Part shown: in pieces, positions 10,609 to 20,962 of the stretch
Layout of the letters: each line of letters opens with the position of its first letter
Numbering within the stretch: position 1 is the first letter of the stretch
Source: Peptoniphilaceae bacterium
GTDB taxonomy: Bacteria > Bacillota > Clostridia > Tissierellales > Peptoniphilaceae
NCBI GenBank assembly: GCA_029983595.1
Contig: JASBZD010000001.1
Span: 1-63,665 of the forward strand
DNA: 63,665 bases
Direction of reading: 5' to 3'
Translations under genes and position numbers: made by a program
Notes under the pieces: generated by a model
Told to the model about the DNA's origin: nothing
What the model saw: only the letters and a program-made list of their open reading frames with translations
The model's database searches: none

Positions 10609-12117
10609 ATGGGGATTATATTTTTAATTTTAATTTTTTTAATAGGAATTTTTTCGTATTTAGATCCAGTTGGTAGATTAAAAAGTGCATTACATCTTTT
10701 TCAGCTAGAAGAGTATAATATTGAAAAATATAATAAGTGGTTTGAAAATAATGGTGGTAGTTTTGGATTTTCTAAAGTTATAAATGAAGATAAAACTCCG
10801 CTAGTTATGACTGATAGAGCAAAAAGACTTTTTAGCACTTATAGAACTTTAACTTTATCTATTATAATAATTATAGGACTATTATCTTTAATATCTGAAA
10901 ATATAATTTATAAAACATTTACTTTAGTTTTGAGTATAATAATTTATATGGCATCTCCTAAAATTTTAAATTTTGCTGCTAAAATTAATGCTCCTAACGA
11001 AGCTAGAATAAATCAAGGTTTTTATAATAGTGCTCAAGAAAAAGTAAAATCGATGAAAGATTTAAAAGTAGTTGGAATAACTGGTAGTTATGGGAAAACT
11101 AGTACTAAAGTAATTACTTCTACTATTTTAAAAGAAAAATATAATGTGCAAGATACTCCAGCATCATATAATACGCCAATGGGTCTTTCGAAAGTAATAA
11201 ATAATGATTTAGATGATTCTAAAGATATTTTTATTGCTGAGATGGGTGCTTATACAATCGGAGAAATAAAAGAATGTGCTGATTTAGTAAGTCCAGATAT
11301 TGGTATACTTACATCTATTGGTCCTGCGCATTTAGAAGCATTTGGAAGTATTGAGAATACTATTAAGACTAAATATGAACTAATAGAAGCTTTGCCAGAA
11401 GATGGAGTAGCGATTTTTAATTATGACGACCCTAATCTTAAAGGTGTAGCTGATAAGACTACGCTTAAAAAAATTTATTATGGAATAGATGATATTTCAA
11501 AATTAGATATATATGCTACTGATATTAATGTAAATAGCCATGGATCAGATTTTAAATTAGTTATTAAAGATTTAGGTGAAATTAAGTGTCAGACTAGACT
11601 ATTAGGGCGACATAATATTAAAAATATCTTGGCTGGAGCAGCTGCGTCATATATATTAGGATTATCATTAGAAGAAATTTCTGATGGAATCTCAAAAATT
11701 CAGTCAATTGCTCATAGATTAGATTTAATTGATTCTGGAAATGGAGTAATAGTAATAGATGATGGCTTTAACTCCAACCCGTCTGGTGCAAAAGCAGCTT
11801 TAGAAGTGCTAGATGAGTTTAAGACTGGTAAAAAATTTATCGTAACTCCAGGAATGATTGAACTTGGGGATATTGAGTATGATGAAAATAAGAAGTTTGG
11901 TAAAGAAATCTCTAAAGTATGTGATTTTGTATTTTTAGTTGGGAAAAATAGAACTAAACCAATTTATGAAGGGCTTATTGAAGAAGGATATAGTGAGGAT
12001 AGAATATATTCTGTAGATTCTCTAAATGAAGCGATAGATATTTATGGTAAATTACTTACTCCTGGAGATGTTATTTTATTTGAAAATGATTTGCCAGATA
12101 GTTATAGTGAGGTATAA
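10609..12117 (+). CDS. murF: UDP-MurNAc-tripeptide:D-Ala-D-Ala ligase with N-terminal membrane segment
   Basis: GITGSYGKTS, SYNTPMG, AEMGA, AHLEAFGS, DDGFNSNP, GMIELG; adjacent to ddl. Confidence 0.9.
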   Translation: MGIIFLILIFLIGIFSYLDPVGRLKSALHLFQLEEYNIEKYNKWFENNGGSFGFSKVINEDKTPLVMTDRAKRLFSTYRTLTLSIIIIIGLLSLISENIIYKTFTLVLSIIIYMASPKILNFAAKINAPNEARINQGFYNSAQEKVKSMKDLKVVGITGSYGKTSTKVITSTILKEKYNVQDTPASYNTPMGLSKVINNDLDDSKDIFIAEMGAYTIGEIKECADLVSPDIGILTSIGPAHLEAFGSIENTIKTKYELIEALPEDGVAIFNYDDPNLKGVADKTTLKKIYYGIDDISKLDIYATDINVNSHGSDFKLVIKDLGEIKCQTRLLGRHNIKNILAGAAASYILGLSLEEISDGISKIQSIAHRLDLIDSGNGVIVIDDGFNSNPSGAKAALEVLDEFKTGKKFIVTPGMIELGDIEYDENKKFGKEISKVCDFVFLVGKNRTKPIYEGLIEEGYSEDRIYSVDSLNEAIDIYGKLLTPGDVILFENDLPDSYSEV

Positions 12118-12120
12118 AAA

Positions 12121-13299
12121 ATGTTAAATGTAGGTGTACTAATTGGTGGGCGTAGTGTAGAACATTCTGTAGCAGTTATCACAGCTATGCAGATGATAGA
12201 AAATATGGATAGAGAAAAATATAATATTATTCCTATTTATATAAATAACGAAGGAAAATGGCTTATAGGTGAAGGCTTAGATAAGTTTGAAACTTATAAA
12301 GCTGGAAAATTTGAGAATACTAGAGAAGTATTTTTTAATCCTAGTTTTAAAGATAGGATTTTATATAGTCTTAAAGATGTAGAAGTTTCTAAGGGGATAT
12401 TCTCAGGAAAAGAGAAAATTAAAACTTTAGAAGAAATCTCAAAAATTGATGTAATGGTTTTAGGGCTACATGGCACAAATGCTGAAGATGGTTCTATTCA
12501 AGGATTTTTAGATACTTTAGGAATAGCCTATACCGGATCAGATATTATGGCATCTGCAGTGGGTATGGATAAGGTTATAATGAAAGACTTATATAAAGCT
12601 AATGATATACCTGTAGTAAATTATGTTTGGTTTTATAGAGATAGTTATAAAAATAATTATGACGAAGTTATGAATAATATAAGTACTTTAAAATATCCAC
12701 TAATAGTTAAGCCTTCTAACCTTGGATCAAGTATTGGTATTAATAAAGCTACTAATGAAGAAAAGTTAATAGAGGCAATAAATATAGCTATTGAATATGA
12801 TGAAAAAATTATTGTTGAAGAAGCTATAGAGAATTTACGAGAAATAAACTGTGCTGTTTTAGGAAGAAATGACGAAATAATTGCTTCAATATTAGAAGAA
12901 CCAATTGGTTGGAAAGATATTCAGTCATTTGAAAATAAATATTCTAAATCATCAGGAACTACTCGTCGAATTCCCGCTGATGTAGATAAAGATATAGAAG
13001 ATGAGATAAAAAGATTATCTAAAAAGTCTTTTGAGGTACTTAACTGTCAAGGTACAGCCAGAGTGGATATCTTATTAGAAGATAACGAAAAAATATATGT
13101 AAATGAGATTAATACTCTGCCAGGGTCTACTAGTTATCATCTATGGGATAAAACTAATATTAATTTTAAAGATCTGATGGATAAGTTGATTGAAATAGCT
13201 TTAAAAGATAGAGAAGAAAAAGATAAAAATATGGTTACATTTGATAGTGATATCTATGATAAAACATCTTATGGCACTAAATCAGCTATTACTAAATAG
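12121..13299 (+). CDS. ddl: D-alanine--D-alanine ligase
   Basis: GGRSVEH, LHGTNAEDG, MDK, VKPSNLGSSIG, ENKY, NEINTLPG. Confidence 0.93.
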   Translation: MLNVGVLIGGRSVEHSVAVITAMQMIENMDREKYNIIPIYINNEGKWLIGEGLDKFETYKAGKFENTREVFFNPSFKDRILYSLKDVEVSKGIFSGKEKIKTLEEISKIDVMVLGLHGTNAEDGSIQGFLDTLGIAYTGSDIMASAVGMDKVIMKDLYKANDIPVVNYVWFYRDSYKNNYDEVMNNISTLKYPLIVKPSNLGSSIGINKATNEEKLIEAINIAIEYDEKIIVEEAIENLREINCAVLGRNDEIIASILEEPIGWKDIQSFENKYSKSSGTTRRIPADVDKDIEDEIKRLSKKSFEVLNCQGTARVDILLEDNEKIYVNEINTLPGSTSYHLWDKTNINFKDLMDKLIEIALKDREEKDKNMVTFDSDIYDKTSYGTKSAITK

Positions 13300-13325
13300 G
13301 CTATGATGAATTCATAGTCTTTTTT
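13298..13325 (+). terminator. intrinsic terminator
   Basis: AGGCTATGA..TCATAGTCT then TTTTT. Confidence 0.75.
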
Positions 13326-13344
13326 AAAACCAAGGGAGATAATT

Positions 13345-14154
13345 ATGAAATACAAAATGATAGTTTCTGATCTAGATGGTACACTTCTAGATGATAATAG
13401 AAAGGTATCGAAGGAGAATATTAAATATATTAATGAAGCTAGAAAAAATGGGTTTATTTTCGCAATCGCTACAGGCAGGATGTATAAATCGGCTAAGATT
13501 ATAGCAAGTTTAATAGATAAAGATATACCTATTGCAACAGCTAATGGAGCCTATACTGTAAATGGAGAAGGTAAAGTTTTATTAAATAATCCATTAAGTA
13601 TTGAGAATATTCTAAAAATAAATGAGGTTGCACTAAATCATGGTTTATATTACTTCTTTTATGGAAAAGAGACAATTTATGTTCATGAAACTAAATATGA
13701 ACATTTAGAAAGAAGTAAGTATCCTAAATCAGCTGACGCTGCTGAAATTATTAAATTTGATAATTTAGAAGAAGTATTAGACGATAATAATCCAATTTAT
13801 AAAAGTTTATTTATTTCCGATAATTATTCGCCTCATAATAAAATAACTCTTGATTTAAGTTATATAAAAGGGCTTAATGTTACGAGTTCTATGAGCGATA
13901 ATTATGAAATAACTACTATTGGAGCTGATAAAGGTTCAGCATTAGATGCATTTTCTAAAGAATTTAATATACCAGTAGAGCAAATAATAGCTATTGGAGA
14001 TAATAGAAACGATATATCTATGTTAAACAAATCTGGTTTAGGAGTTTCTGTATATAATGCGTGTGAAGAAGTAAAAGATCTATCGGATATTATAACAGTT
14101 TCAAATAATGAAAGTCCTATTGCTAAGTTAATTAAGGAGTATGTTAATTGTTAA
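13345..14154 (+). CDS. Cof-type HAD-IIB hydrolase
   Basis: SDLDGTLL, ATGR, NGA, DKG, GDNRND. Confidence 0.93.
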   Translation: MKYKMIVSDLDGTLLDDNRKVSKENIKYINEARKNGFIFAIATGRMYKSAKIIASLIDKDIPIATANGAYTVNGEGKVLLNNPLSIENILKINEVALNHGLYYFFYGKETIYVHETKYEHLERSKYPKSADAAEIIKFDNLEEVLDDNNPIYKSLFISDNYSPHNKITLDLSYIKGLNVTSSMSDNYEITTIGADKGSALDAFSKEFNIPVEQIIAIGDNRNDISMLNKSGLGVSVYNACEEVKDLSDIITVSNNESPIAKLIKEYVNC

Positions 14155-14615
14155 ATATAGTATTTTTTGAACCAGAAATTCCATTTAATACGGGAGCGCT
14201 AGTGAGGACATGTGGCTTAACTAAGACTAAATTTCACCTTATTAGACCTCTTGGGTTTTTAATGGATGATAAACATGTAAAAAGATCTGGACTTGACTAT
14301 TGGGAACTAGCTGAAATAAAGTATTATGATAGCTTTTTAGAATTATATGAAAAATATAAAAATACTAATAATTTTTATTTTGCTACAACTAAAGCTACAA
14401 AAAAATATACTGATGTAGAATATAAAGATGGAGATTTTATAGTATTTGGACCAGAAACTAGAGGCTTGCCACAGGAGATTCTTAAGCTTAAACCAGAAAA
14501 TAATATAAGAATACCAATGCTTAAAGATTACGGTAGGAGTTTAAATTTAGCAAACTCTGCAAATATTATTTTATTTGAAGCATTAAGACAGAATAATTTT
14601 TTTGATTTAGAATAG
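14148..14615 (+). CDS. trmL: tRNA (cytidine/uridine-34 2'-O)-methyltransferase
   Basis: EPEIPFNTG, RSGLDYW, FGPETRGLP, RIPM, RSLNLAN; TTG start after AAGGAG. Confidence 0.95.
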   Translation: MLNIVFFEPEIPFNTGALVRTCGLTKTKFHLIRPLGFLMDDKHVKRSGLDYWELAEIKYYDSFLELYEKYKNTNNFYFATTKATKKYTDVEYKDGDFIVFGPETRGLPQEILKLKPENNIRIPMLKDYGRSLNLANSANIILFEALRQNNFFDLE

Positions 14616-14685
14616 AATTTATATTGCGTTTAATAATGGGTATAATTTCTAAGAGTGTTTAAAGAAGAGTATTAAGGAGGAATAG

Positions 14686-15627
14686 ATGGAAAATTTATAT
14701 GATGTAATTATAATAGGTGCGGGGCCTGCTGGTTTATCTGCTGGTTTATATGCATCTCGTGCAAAATTAAATACATTAATTATAGAAAAAGGAATAGATG
14801 GCGGTCAAATTGTTGGGACTGATAGTGTAGATAACTACCCTGGAGCTCCAGAAAATACAACAGGACCAAGCCTTGTAGCTAGAATGGTAGAACAAGCTAA
14901 GGAGTTTGGCGCTAAAAAAGTTATGGAAGAGGTTACAGAAGTAGATTTAAAATCTCAACCAAAAATTATAAAAACTAATCAAAATGAATATCAAGCCAAA
15001 TCAGTAATTATAGCGTCAGGTGCCTCTCATAGATTTATAGGTGCACCTGGAGAAGAAGAGTTTTCAGGTAGAGGAATATCATATTGCGCTACATGTGATG
15101 GACCATTTGCGGAAGGCCTTCATGTTTATGTAATTGGCGGTGGTGATGCAGCTGTAGAAGAATCATTATTTTTAACTAAATATGCTTCTAAAGTAACGAT
15201 TATTCATAGACGTGATGAATTTAAAGCTGCTAAATCTATAGTAGAAAAAGCTAAAGAAAATGAAAAAATTGATTTTATGTTTAATAGTCAAGTAGTTGAG
15301 ATTAAGGGAGATAAATTTATAGAATCATTTATCGTAAAGGATACTATTTCTGGAGAAGAACGTGAAATAGGACTTGATGAAGGACAAAAAAGACATTCGA
15401 TCTTTGTATTTATAGGATATATCCCTAATACAGGGCTATTTACTGACCAAATAGACATAGTAAATGGATATATTATGACTAATGAGCAATGTGAAACTAG
15501 TATACCAGGAGTATATGCAGTAGGGGATGTAAGAGTAAAAAATGTACGCCAAGTAGTAACAGCTACAGGAGATGGAGCTACTGCTGCAGTAACTGCAGAA
15601 AAATTTATTGAAACCAACGATTTATAA
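14686..15627 (+). CDS. trxB: thioredoxin reductase
   Basis: GAGPAG, SYCATCDG, GGGDAAVEE, HRRD, GVYAVGDV. Confidence 0.95.
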   Translation: MENLYDVIIIGAGPAGLSAGLYASRAKLNTLIIEKGIDGGQIVGTDSVDNYPGAPENTTGPSLVARMVEQAKEFGAKKVMEEVTEVDLKSQPKIIKTNQNEYQAKSVIIASGASHRFIGAPGEEEFSGRGISYCATCDGPFAEGLHVYVIGGGDAAVEESLFLTKYASKVTIIHRRDEFKAAKSIVEKAKENEKIDFMFNSQVVEIKGDKFIESFIVKDTISGEEREIGLDEGQKRHSIFVFIGYIPNTGLFTDQIDIVNGYIMTNEQCETSIPGVYAVGDVRVKNVRQVVTATGDGATAAVTAEKFIETNDL

Positions 15628-15654
15628 ATCTATAAATGAAGGGAAGTAACTAAG

Positions 15655-16449
15655 TTGATATTAGGAAAAATATATAATCTTATTGGAAAAATATTCGATG
15701 GGATTTTTACTTTCTTAATCTTTATAGTTAATCTTCTTATAGGTATAGCAGGGAGTATTAGACAAGTTATAAGCATATTTTCTATGTTTCTAATACTCTT
15801 TTTATTATTTCCTTTTTTATTTGCGGTTTTACTTACTAATAAATATTTTTTAGGTATATTGCTATTTATGATACTTACACCTTGGGTCGGCGGAATACTT
15901 AATGAATATTTTAATAAAATAAGATATGTAACTAGTCAATATTTTTATGACAGAGCAAAATTAAGATTAGAAGGTATAAATGAGGTAAAGGGAAGTTTAT
16001 CTGATTATAGTACTTTTTATGATAGAAAAAAGGAAGAAGAGAGATTAAGAGAAGAAGAAAGACAGAGAAGAGAGTACGAAAGACGCGCTAGAGAACAACA
16101 AAAAATATGGGAAGAGCTATTTAGACAATTTTATAACCAGACGAGTGGAGGATATTATCAAACTGGCAATAGACAATATGGTGGATATAATCAAAACACA
16201 AACAATAATAACGTCTATAACCCAACAAGTGATTTTATAAAAAAATATGAAAAAAGCTGTCTAGAACTTGGGATTGAACCTACATCAGATGAAGTAGCTA
16301 TTAAAAAAGCATATAGAGAAATGGCAAAAAAATATCATCCAGATGTAAATAAAGATGCAAAATCGACAGAAAAATTTCAAAGAATCAATGAAGCAAACGA
16401 ATTTTTATCTGGATCAAATATAGAAAGATATAAACAGTTAAAAAAATAA
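15655..16449 (+). CDS. membrane-anchored protein with C-terminal J (DnaJ) domain
   Basis: Hydrophobic N-terminus, charged coiled coil, G/Y/Q/N linker, IKKAYREMAKKYHPD..FQRINEA. Confidence 0.85.
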   Translation: MILGKIYNLIGKIFDGIFTFLIFIVNLLIGIAGSIRQVISIFSMFLILFLLFPFLFAVLLTNKYFLGILLFMILTPWVGGILNEYFNKIRYVTSQYFYDRAKLRLEGINEVKGSLSDYSTFYDRKKEEERLREEERQRREYERRAREQQKIWEELFRQFYNQTSGGYYQTGNRQYGGYNQNTNNNNVYNPTSDFIKKYEKSCLELGIEPTSDEVAIKKAYREMAKKYHPDVNKDAKSTEKFQRINEANEFLSGSNIERYKQLKK

Positions 16450-16504
16450 AATTATGAAATTATTTAAGCTTAACTATTAAAAATGGCTTAACTAAGCTAT
16501 TTAA

Positions 16505-16605
16505 ATTGTAAAGTTTGTAAAGTCAATTGTAAAATCATGTTAAAATATAAACGAACTTTACATTATCCTTACATTAGTTTAATAATCACTTAATAAACAT
16601 AACTT
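16505..16605. promoter_or_regulatory. candidate Pho box array upstream of pstS
   Basis: TTACA/TTAAT units at 16558, 16569, 16579, 16590 (10-11 bp period); opposite-orientation TGTAAA/TGTTAA units at 16507-16543; resembles Bacillus PhoP TT(A/T/C)ACA repeats. Confidence 0.6.
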
Positions 16606-16651
16606 ATTATCAGTATGTACGAAAATTAATAAAATTCTAGGAGGAAATTTA

Positions 16652-17608
16652 ATGAATTTTAAGAAAGTATTATCACTTATGATGGTATTCGTATTAGCTT
16701 TAGGACTAGTTGCTTGTGGTGGTGACAAACCAGCAGAAAAAGATCCAGCTACTAACGAACCAGCTGCTACAGAAACTACAGAAACTCCAGCTGAAGAATC
16801 TACAGAAGCTCCAGCTACAGACTTTGATACAGCAAAACCTATTACAGTTGTAACTAGAGATGCTGCTTCAGGTACAAGAGGTGCTTTCATTGAAATCACT
16901 GGTGTAGAACAAAAAGAAGGCGACAACAAAGTTGACAAAACTACTACAGAAGCTGTAGCTCAAAAAGAAACTAACGGTGTTTTAACTGCTGTTAAAGAAG
17001 ATGAATATGCTATCGGATATATTTCATTAGGTTCTTTAAACGAAGACGTTACAGCTATTAAAGTTGAAGGTGTAGAACCAACTGAAGAAACTGTTGGAGA
17101 TAAATCTTACCCAATCCAAAGACCTTTCTTATTAGTTTATAAAGAAGAAGGACTTGACCCAATTGCTAAAGATTTATTAGCTTTCGCTCTTTCTGAAGAA
17201 GGACAAAATATAGCTGTAGAAGAAGGATATGTAAAAGTTGGTACTCCAGAAGCTTACACTCCAGCTAACCTTTCTGGACAAATTACTGTATCAGGTTCTA
17301 CTTCTGTAACTCCATTAATGGAAAAATTTGTAGAAGCTTACAAAGTACACAACCCAGAAGTTACTATTAACATTCAATCAAATGGTTCTTCTGTAGGTAT
17401 CCAAGACGCTATTTCTGGAAATGCTCAAATCGGTATGTCTTCAAGAGAATTAAAAGATGAAGAAGCTTCTCAATTATCTGAAGAAACTATCGCTATGGAC
17501 GGTATCGCTGTAATCGTAAATAAAGCTAACCCATTAAATGATTTAACAATGGAACAAATTAAAAACATTTACATTGGTGATATCACTATGTGGTCAGAAG
17601 TTGAATAG
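16652..17608 (+). CDS. pstS: phosphate ABC transporter substrate-binding lipoprotein
   Basis: Lipobox LVAC, P/A/T/E linker, SGTRGAF, SGSTSV, IGMSSR, DGIAVIVN. Confidence 0.95.
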   Translation: MNFKKVLSLMMVFVLALGLVACGGDKPAEKDPATNEPAATETTETPAEESTEAPATDFDTAKPITVVTRDAASGTRGAFIEITGVEQKEGDNKVDKTTTEAVAQKETNGVLTAVKEDEYAIGYISLGSLNEDVTAIKVEGVEPTEETVGDKSYPIQRPFLLVYKEEGLDPIAKDLLAFALSEEGQNIAVEEGYVKVGTPEAYTPANLSGQITVSGSTSVTPLMEKFVEAYKVHNPEVTINIQSNGSSVGIQDAISGNAQIGMSSRELKDEEASQLSEETIAMDGIAVIVNKANPLNDLTMEQIKNIYIGDITMWSEVE

Positions 17609-17632
17609 TTAATTCAATAATATTTACAACAC

Positions 17633-17664
17633 AAGCCTAAGCTTAAATAAGCTTGGGCTTTTTT
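17633..17664 (+). terminator. intra-operon hairpin/terminator after pstS
   Basis: AAGCCTAAGCTTA-AA-TAAGCTTGGGCTT then TTTT. Confidence 0.75.
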
Positions 17665-17681
17665 CAAAAATGGAGATATTT

Positions 17682-18560
17682 ATGAATACAAATAGTAACA
17701 AAAACTTTTTAGAAAGCTTTATGAAAGGTGTTTTTATAGTAGCTTCTCTAATTTCTATAATTTCTATCATATTAATTATGATTTTTATTTTTCAAGGTGG
17801 AATTCCATTCATGAGAGAATATGGGTTTGTTAGATTTGTTACCGGACAAGACTGGCAACCAACTTCCACTTATCCAGAGTTTGGTGTTTTACCAATGATC
17901 TGGGGATCAATTTATACAACACTATTATCTTGTCTTTTAGGTGTACCAATTGGGGTTTTAACTGCTGCTTATTTAGCTAAATCATGTCCACCTAAACTTT
18001 ATAGATTTTTTAAACCTGCATTAAACTTAATGGCCGGAATTCCATCAATTGTATATGGTTTTTTTGCTTTAGTAATAATAGTGCCTTTTATTAGAAATAA
18101 TATAGGTGGAAAAGGATATAGTATCTTAGCATCTACAATCTTACTTGCAATTATGATTCTTCCTACTGTTATAGCTCTTTCTGAAAGTGCGATTAGATCT
18201 GTTCCTAAAAGTTATTATGAAGGTTCTTTAGCTTTAGGAGCTACACATGAAAGAAGTATCTATAAAGTTGTAATTCCTGCCGCTAGATCTGGTATATTTG
18301 CTGCTACTGTTTTAGGTATTGGTAGAGCTATTGGTGAAACAATGGCCGTAGTACTGGTATCAGGAGGTCAGACTAGAATAACTTTTGATTTATTAAAAGG
18401 TATTAGAACGCTTACTACTAACGTAGTTATTGAGATGGGATATGCTTCAGGACAGCATAGAGAAGCTTTAATTGCTTCAGCTGTTTTATTATTTATTTTT
18501 ATCCTTATTATCAATGGAATCTTATTCTTTGTAAAAAGGAGAAGTATAAACAATGACTGA
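17682..18560 (+). CDS. pstC: phosphate ABC permease PstC
   Basis: AGIPSIVYG, EGSLALGAT, GRAIGETMAV; ATG 17682 after GGAG. Confidence 0.95.
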   Translation: MNTNSNKNFLESFMKGVFIVASLISIISIILIMIFIFQGGIPFMREYGFVRFVTGQDWQPTSTYPEFGVLPMIWGSIYTTLLSCLLGVPIGVLTAAYLAKSCPPKLYRFFKPALNLMAGIPSIVYGFFALVIIVPFIRNNIGGKGYSILASTILLAIMILPTVIALSESAIRSVPKSYYEGSLALGATHERSIYKVVIPAARSGIFAATVLGIGRAIGETMAVVLVSGGQTRITFDLLKGIRTLTTNVVIEMGYASGQHREALIASAVLLFIFILIINGILFFVKRRSINND

Positions 18561-19428
18561 TAAAATTATAAAACAAAAGCCTGAATCTAATGATTATCAA
18601 GCTCGTGGCTCTAAAATATTTAAGTTTCTAACTAGACTTTCAACATTTCTTACTTTTGGTTCTTTACTACTAATAATAGCATATATTATTGGACAAGGTT
18701 TAACCCATATTAGACCAAATATGTTTGAATGGACTTATACTTCTGAAAACTTATCTATGATGCCTGCAATTATAACTACACTTATTACTGTAGCATTATC
18801 AATTCTTATTGCAGCTCCTATTGGGGTATTTACTGGATTTTATCTAGTAGAATATGCAAAAAGAGGTAGTAAACTAGTAGAGGCTATTAGATTATCTGCA
18901 GAGACTCTTGCCGCTATTCCGTCTATTGTTTATGGTCTATTCGGTATGTTATTCTTTGTTATGAAACTTAATATGGGATATTCTATTATATCAGGGGTTC
19001 TAACTGTTACAATTATGATATTACCTTTAATAATAAGAGCGACTGAAGAAGCGTTACTTACTGTTAATGATTCTCTTAGACAAGGTAGCTTTGGACTAGG
19101 AGCAGGAAAACTTAGAACTATTTTTAGAGTAGTATTACCTTCAGCTATGCCTGGAATTGTAGCTGGTATTATTTTAGCTATAGGTAGAGTAGTAGGTGAG
19201 ACTGCTGCATTAATGTATACTTTAGGTACAACTTCTAACATGCCTAGAAACCTTTGGAGTTCAGGAAGAACTTTAGCTCTTCATATGTATGTATTATCTA
19301 GTGAAGGTCTACATGTTCAAGAAGCATATGCAACTGGGGTTATACTGCTAATAGTTGTAATAATTTTAAATCAAATTTCAGAAACATTAAGTAAAAGACT
19401 AACTCAAAGGGGGATTAAACAAAAATGA
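18553..19428 (+). CDS. pstA: phosphate ABC permease PstA
   Basis: [25 protein letters not shown]. Confidence 0.95.
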   Translation: MTDKIIKQKPESNDYQARGSKIFKFLTRLSTFLTFGSLLLIIAYIIGQGLTHIRPNMFEWTYTSENLSMMPAIITTLITVALSILIAAPIGVFTGFYLVEYAKRGSKLVEAIRLSAETLAAIPSIVYGLFGMLFFVMKLNMGYSIISGVLTVTIMILPLIIRATEEALLTVNDSLRQGSFGLGAGKLRTIFRVVLPSAMPGIVAGIILAIGRVVGETAALMYTLGTTSNMPRNLWSSGRTLALHMYVLSSEGLHVQEAYATGVILLIVVIILNQISETLSKRLTQRGIKQK

Positions 19429-20177
19429 ATAAAATGGAAATAAAAGACCTAGATTTATATTATGGGAATTTCCAAGCTTTAAAAAAATGTAATTTAGATA
19501 TTCGTGAAAATGAAATTACTGCTTTTATTGGGCCTTCTGGATGTGGTAAATCAACTTTTATAAAATCTTTAAATAGAATGAATGATTTAATAGAAGGATG
19601 TAGAATCGAAGGAACTGTATTATTAGATGGTGAAAATGTATATGATCCTAACTATAATGTAAATGATCTTAGAAGAAGAGTAGGTATGGTTTTCCAACAA
19701 CCTAACCCTTTTCCTATGAGTGTTTATGATAATATCACTTATGGGCCTAAAACTCATGGTATAAAAGATAAACAAAAACTAGATGAAATAGTAGAAAGAT
19801 CTCTAAAGGGTGCTGCTATATGGGATGAGGTAAAAGATAAAATTAATAGAAATGCATTATCTTTCTCTGGTGGACAACAACAAAGAATTTGTATAGCTAG
19901 AGCTCTAGCAGTAGAACCTGAGGTTTTATTAATGGATGAGCCTACTTCTGCACTTGATCCTATTTCAACTACAAAAATCGAGGATTTAGTTACTGAGCTA
20001 AAAGAAAAATACACTATTGTAATGGTTACTCATAATATGCAACAAGCATCTAGAGTATCTGATAGAACTGCTTTCTTCTTAACTGGTGAAATTTTAGAAG
20101 TAAATGATACTGAACAGATCTTTACTAATCCGCAACATGAGGAAACTGAAAGATATGTAACTGGTAGATTTGGTTGA
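19425..20177 (+). CDS. pstB: phosphate ABC ATP-binding protein
   Basis: [33 protein letters not shown]. Confidence 0.97.
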   Translation: MNKMEIKDLDLYYGNFQALKKCNLDIRENEITAFIGPSGCGKSTFIKSLNRMNDLIEGCRIEGTVLLDGENVYDPNYNVNDLRRRVGMVFQQPNPFPMSVYDNITYGPKTHGIKDKQKLDEIVERSLKGAAIWDEVKDKINRNALSFSGGQQQRICIARALAVEPEVLLMDEPTSALDPISTTKIEDLVTELKEKYTIVMVTHNMQQASRVSDRTAFFLTGEILEVNDTEQIFTNPQHEETERYVTGRFG

Positions 20178-20204
20178 TTTGTATTTTACGATATGTTACT
20201 TTAT

Positions 20205-20232
20205 TTGACATTATTAAAAAATATGATATTAT
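20205..20232 (+). promoter_or_regulatory. internal sigma-A promoter for phoU-phoP-phoR
   Basis: TTGACA (20205-10), 16 nt, extended TG-n-TATTAT. Confidence 0.6.
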
Positions 20233-20287
20233 ATAATGTCATACCCAGAATATTTTAAGCAAAAAAAGTCTTAAAGGAGGGATTATT

Positions 20288-20953
20288 ATGAGACTGACAT
20301 TACAAAGACAGTTTAAAGAACTAGATGATAAGATTGTAGAAATGTGCTCTTTTGTAGAAAAAAACCTTAGAGATACGAAAATTGCTTTAGAAAATAGAGA
20401 TGTAGAGCTTTCAGAACAAATCATCTCAAGAGATAAATTAATTAACGATATGGAAGCAGATATTGAATCTTTATCTACTACAATAATTATTAGACAACAA
20501 CCAGTAGCTTCTGATTTAAGAAAGATTAACGCTACAATGAAAATTATTAGCGATTTAGAAAGAATTGGAGATCTAGCTTCAGAAATAGCCACAATAGTTA
20601 TTTTTATGGGTGAAGATGAAGTAGAAGAAAGATATACAAATGAAAATATATTAAAAATGTTTGACACTTCTAGAGAGATGTTAAAACAAGCTATAGATTC
20701 ATTTATTGTTTCTAACTCTAATCTAGCAAATAGAGTAATCGAACAAGACGATGAAGTAGATTATATGTTTGAAAATTATAAAAAAGAAGCTATTACGCAA
20801 ATTATTGAAAATCAGGAATTAGCAAATGAAATTGTGGAATATATTCAAATTGCTAAGTACCTAGAAAGAATTGCAGATCATGCTACTAGTATTGCTATAT
20901 GGCAAAATTATATAGAAACAGGAAAAAGAGAGTTTGGATTAAGTTTTAATTAA
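20288..20953 (+). CDS. phoU: phosphate signalling protein PhoU
   Basis: RQQPVASDLR, DLERIGD, YLERIADHA. Confidence 0.95.
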   Translation: MRLTLQRQFKELDDKIVEMCSFVEKNLRDTKIALENRDVELSEQIISRDKLINDMEADIESLSTTIIIRQQPVASDLRKINATMKIISDLERIGDLASEIATIVIFMGEDEVEERYTNENILKMFDTSREMLKQAIDSFIVSNSNLANRVIEQDDEVDYMFENYKKEAITQIIENQELANEIVEYIQIAKYLERIADHATSIAIWQNYIETGKREFGLSFN

Positions 20954-20962
20954 GGAATTAGT

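Noticed and set aside
12121..13299. Van-type D-Ala-D-Lac ligase
   Set aside because: Omega loop has KY, typical of D-Ala-D-Ala ligases; no vanH/vanX/vanRS nearby.
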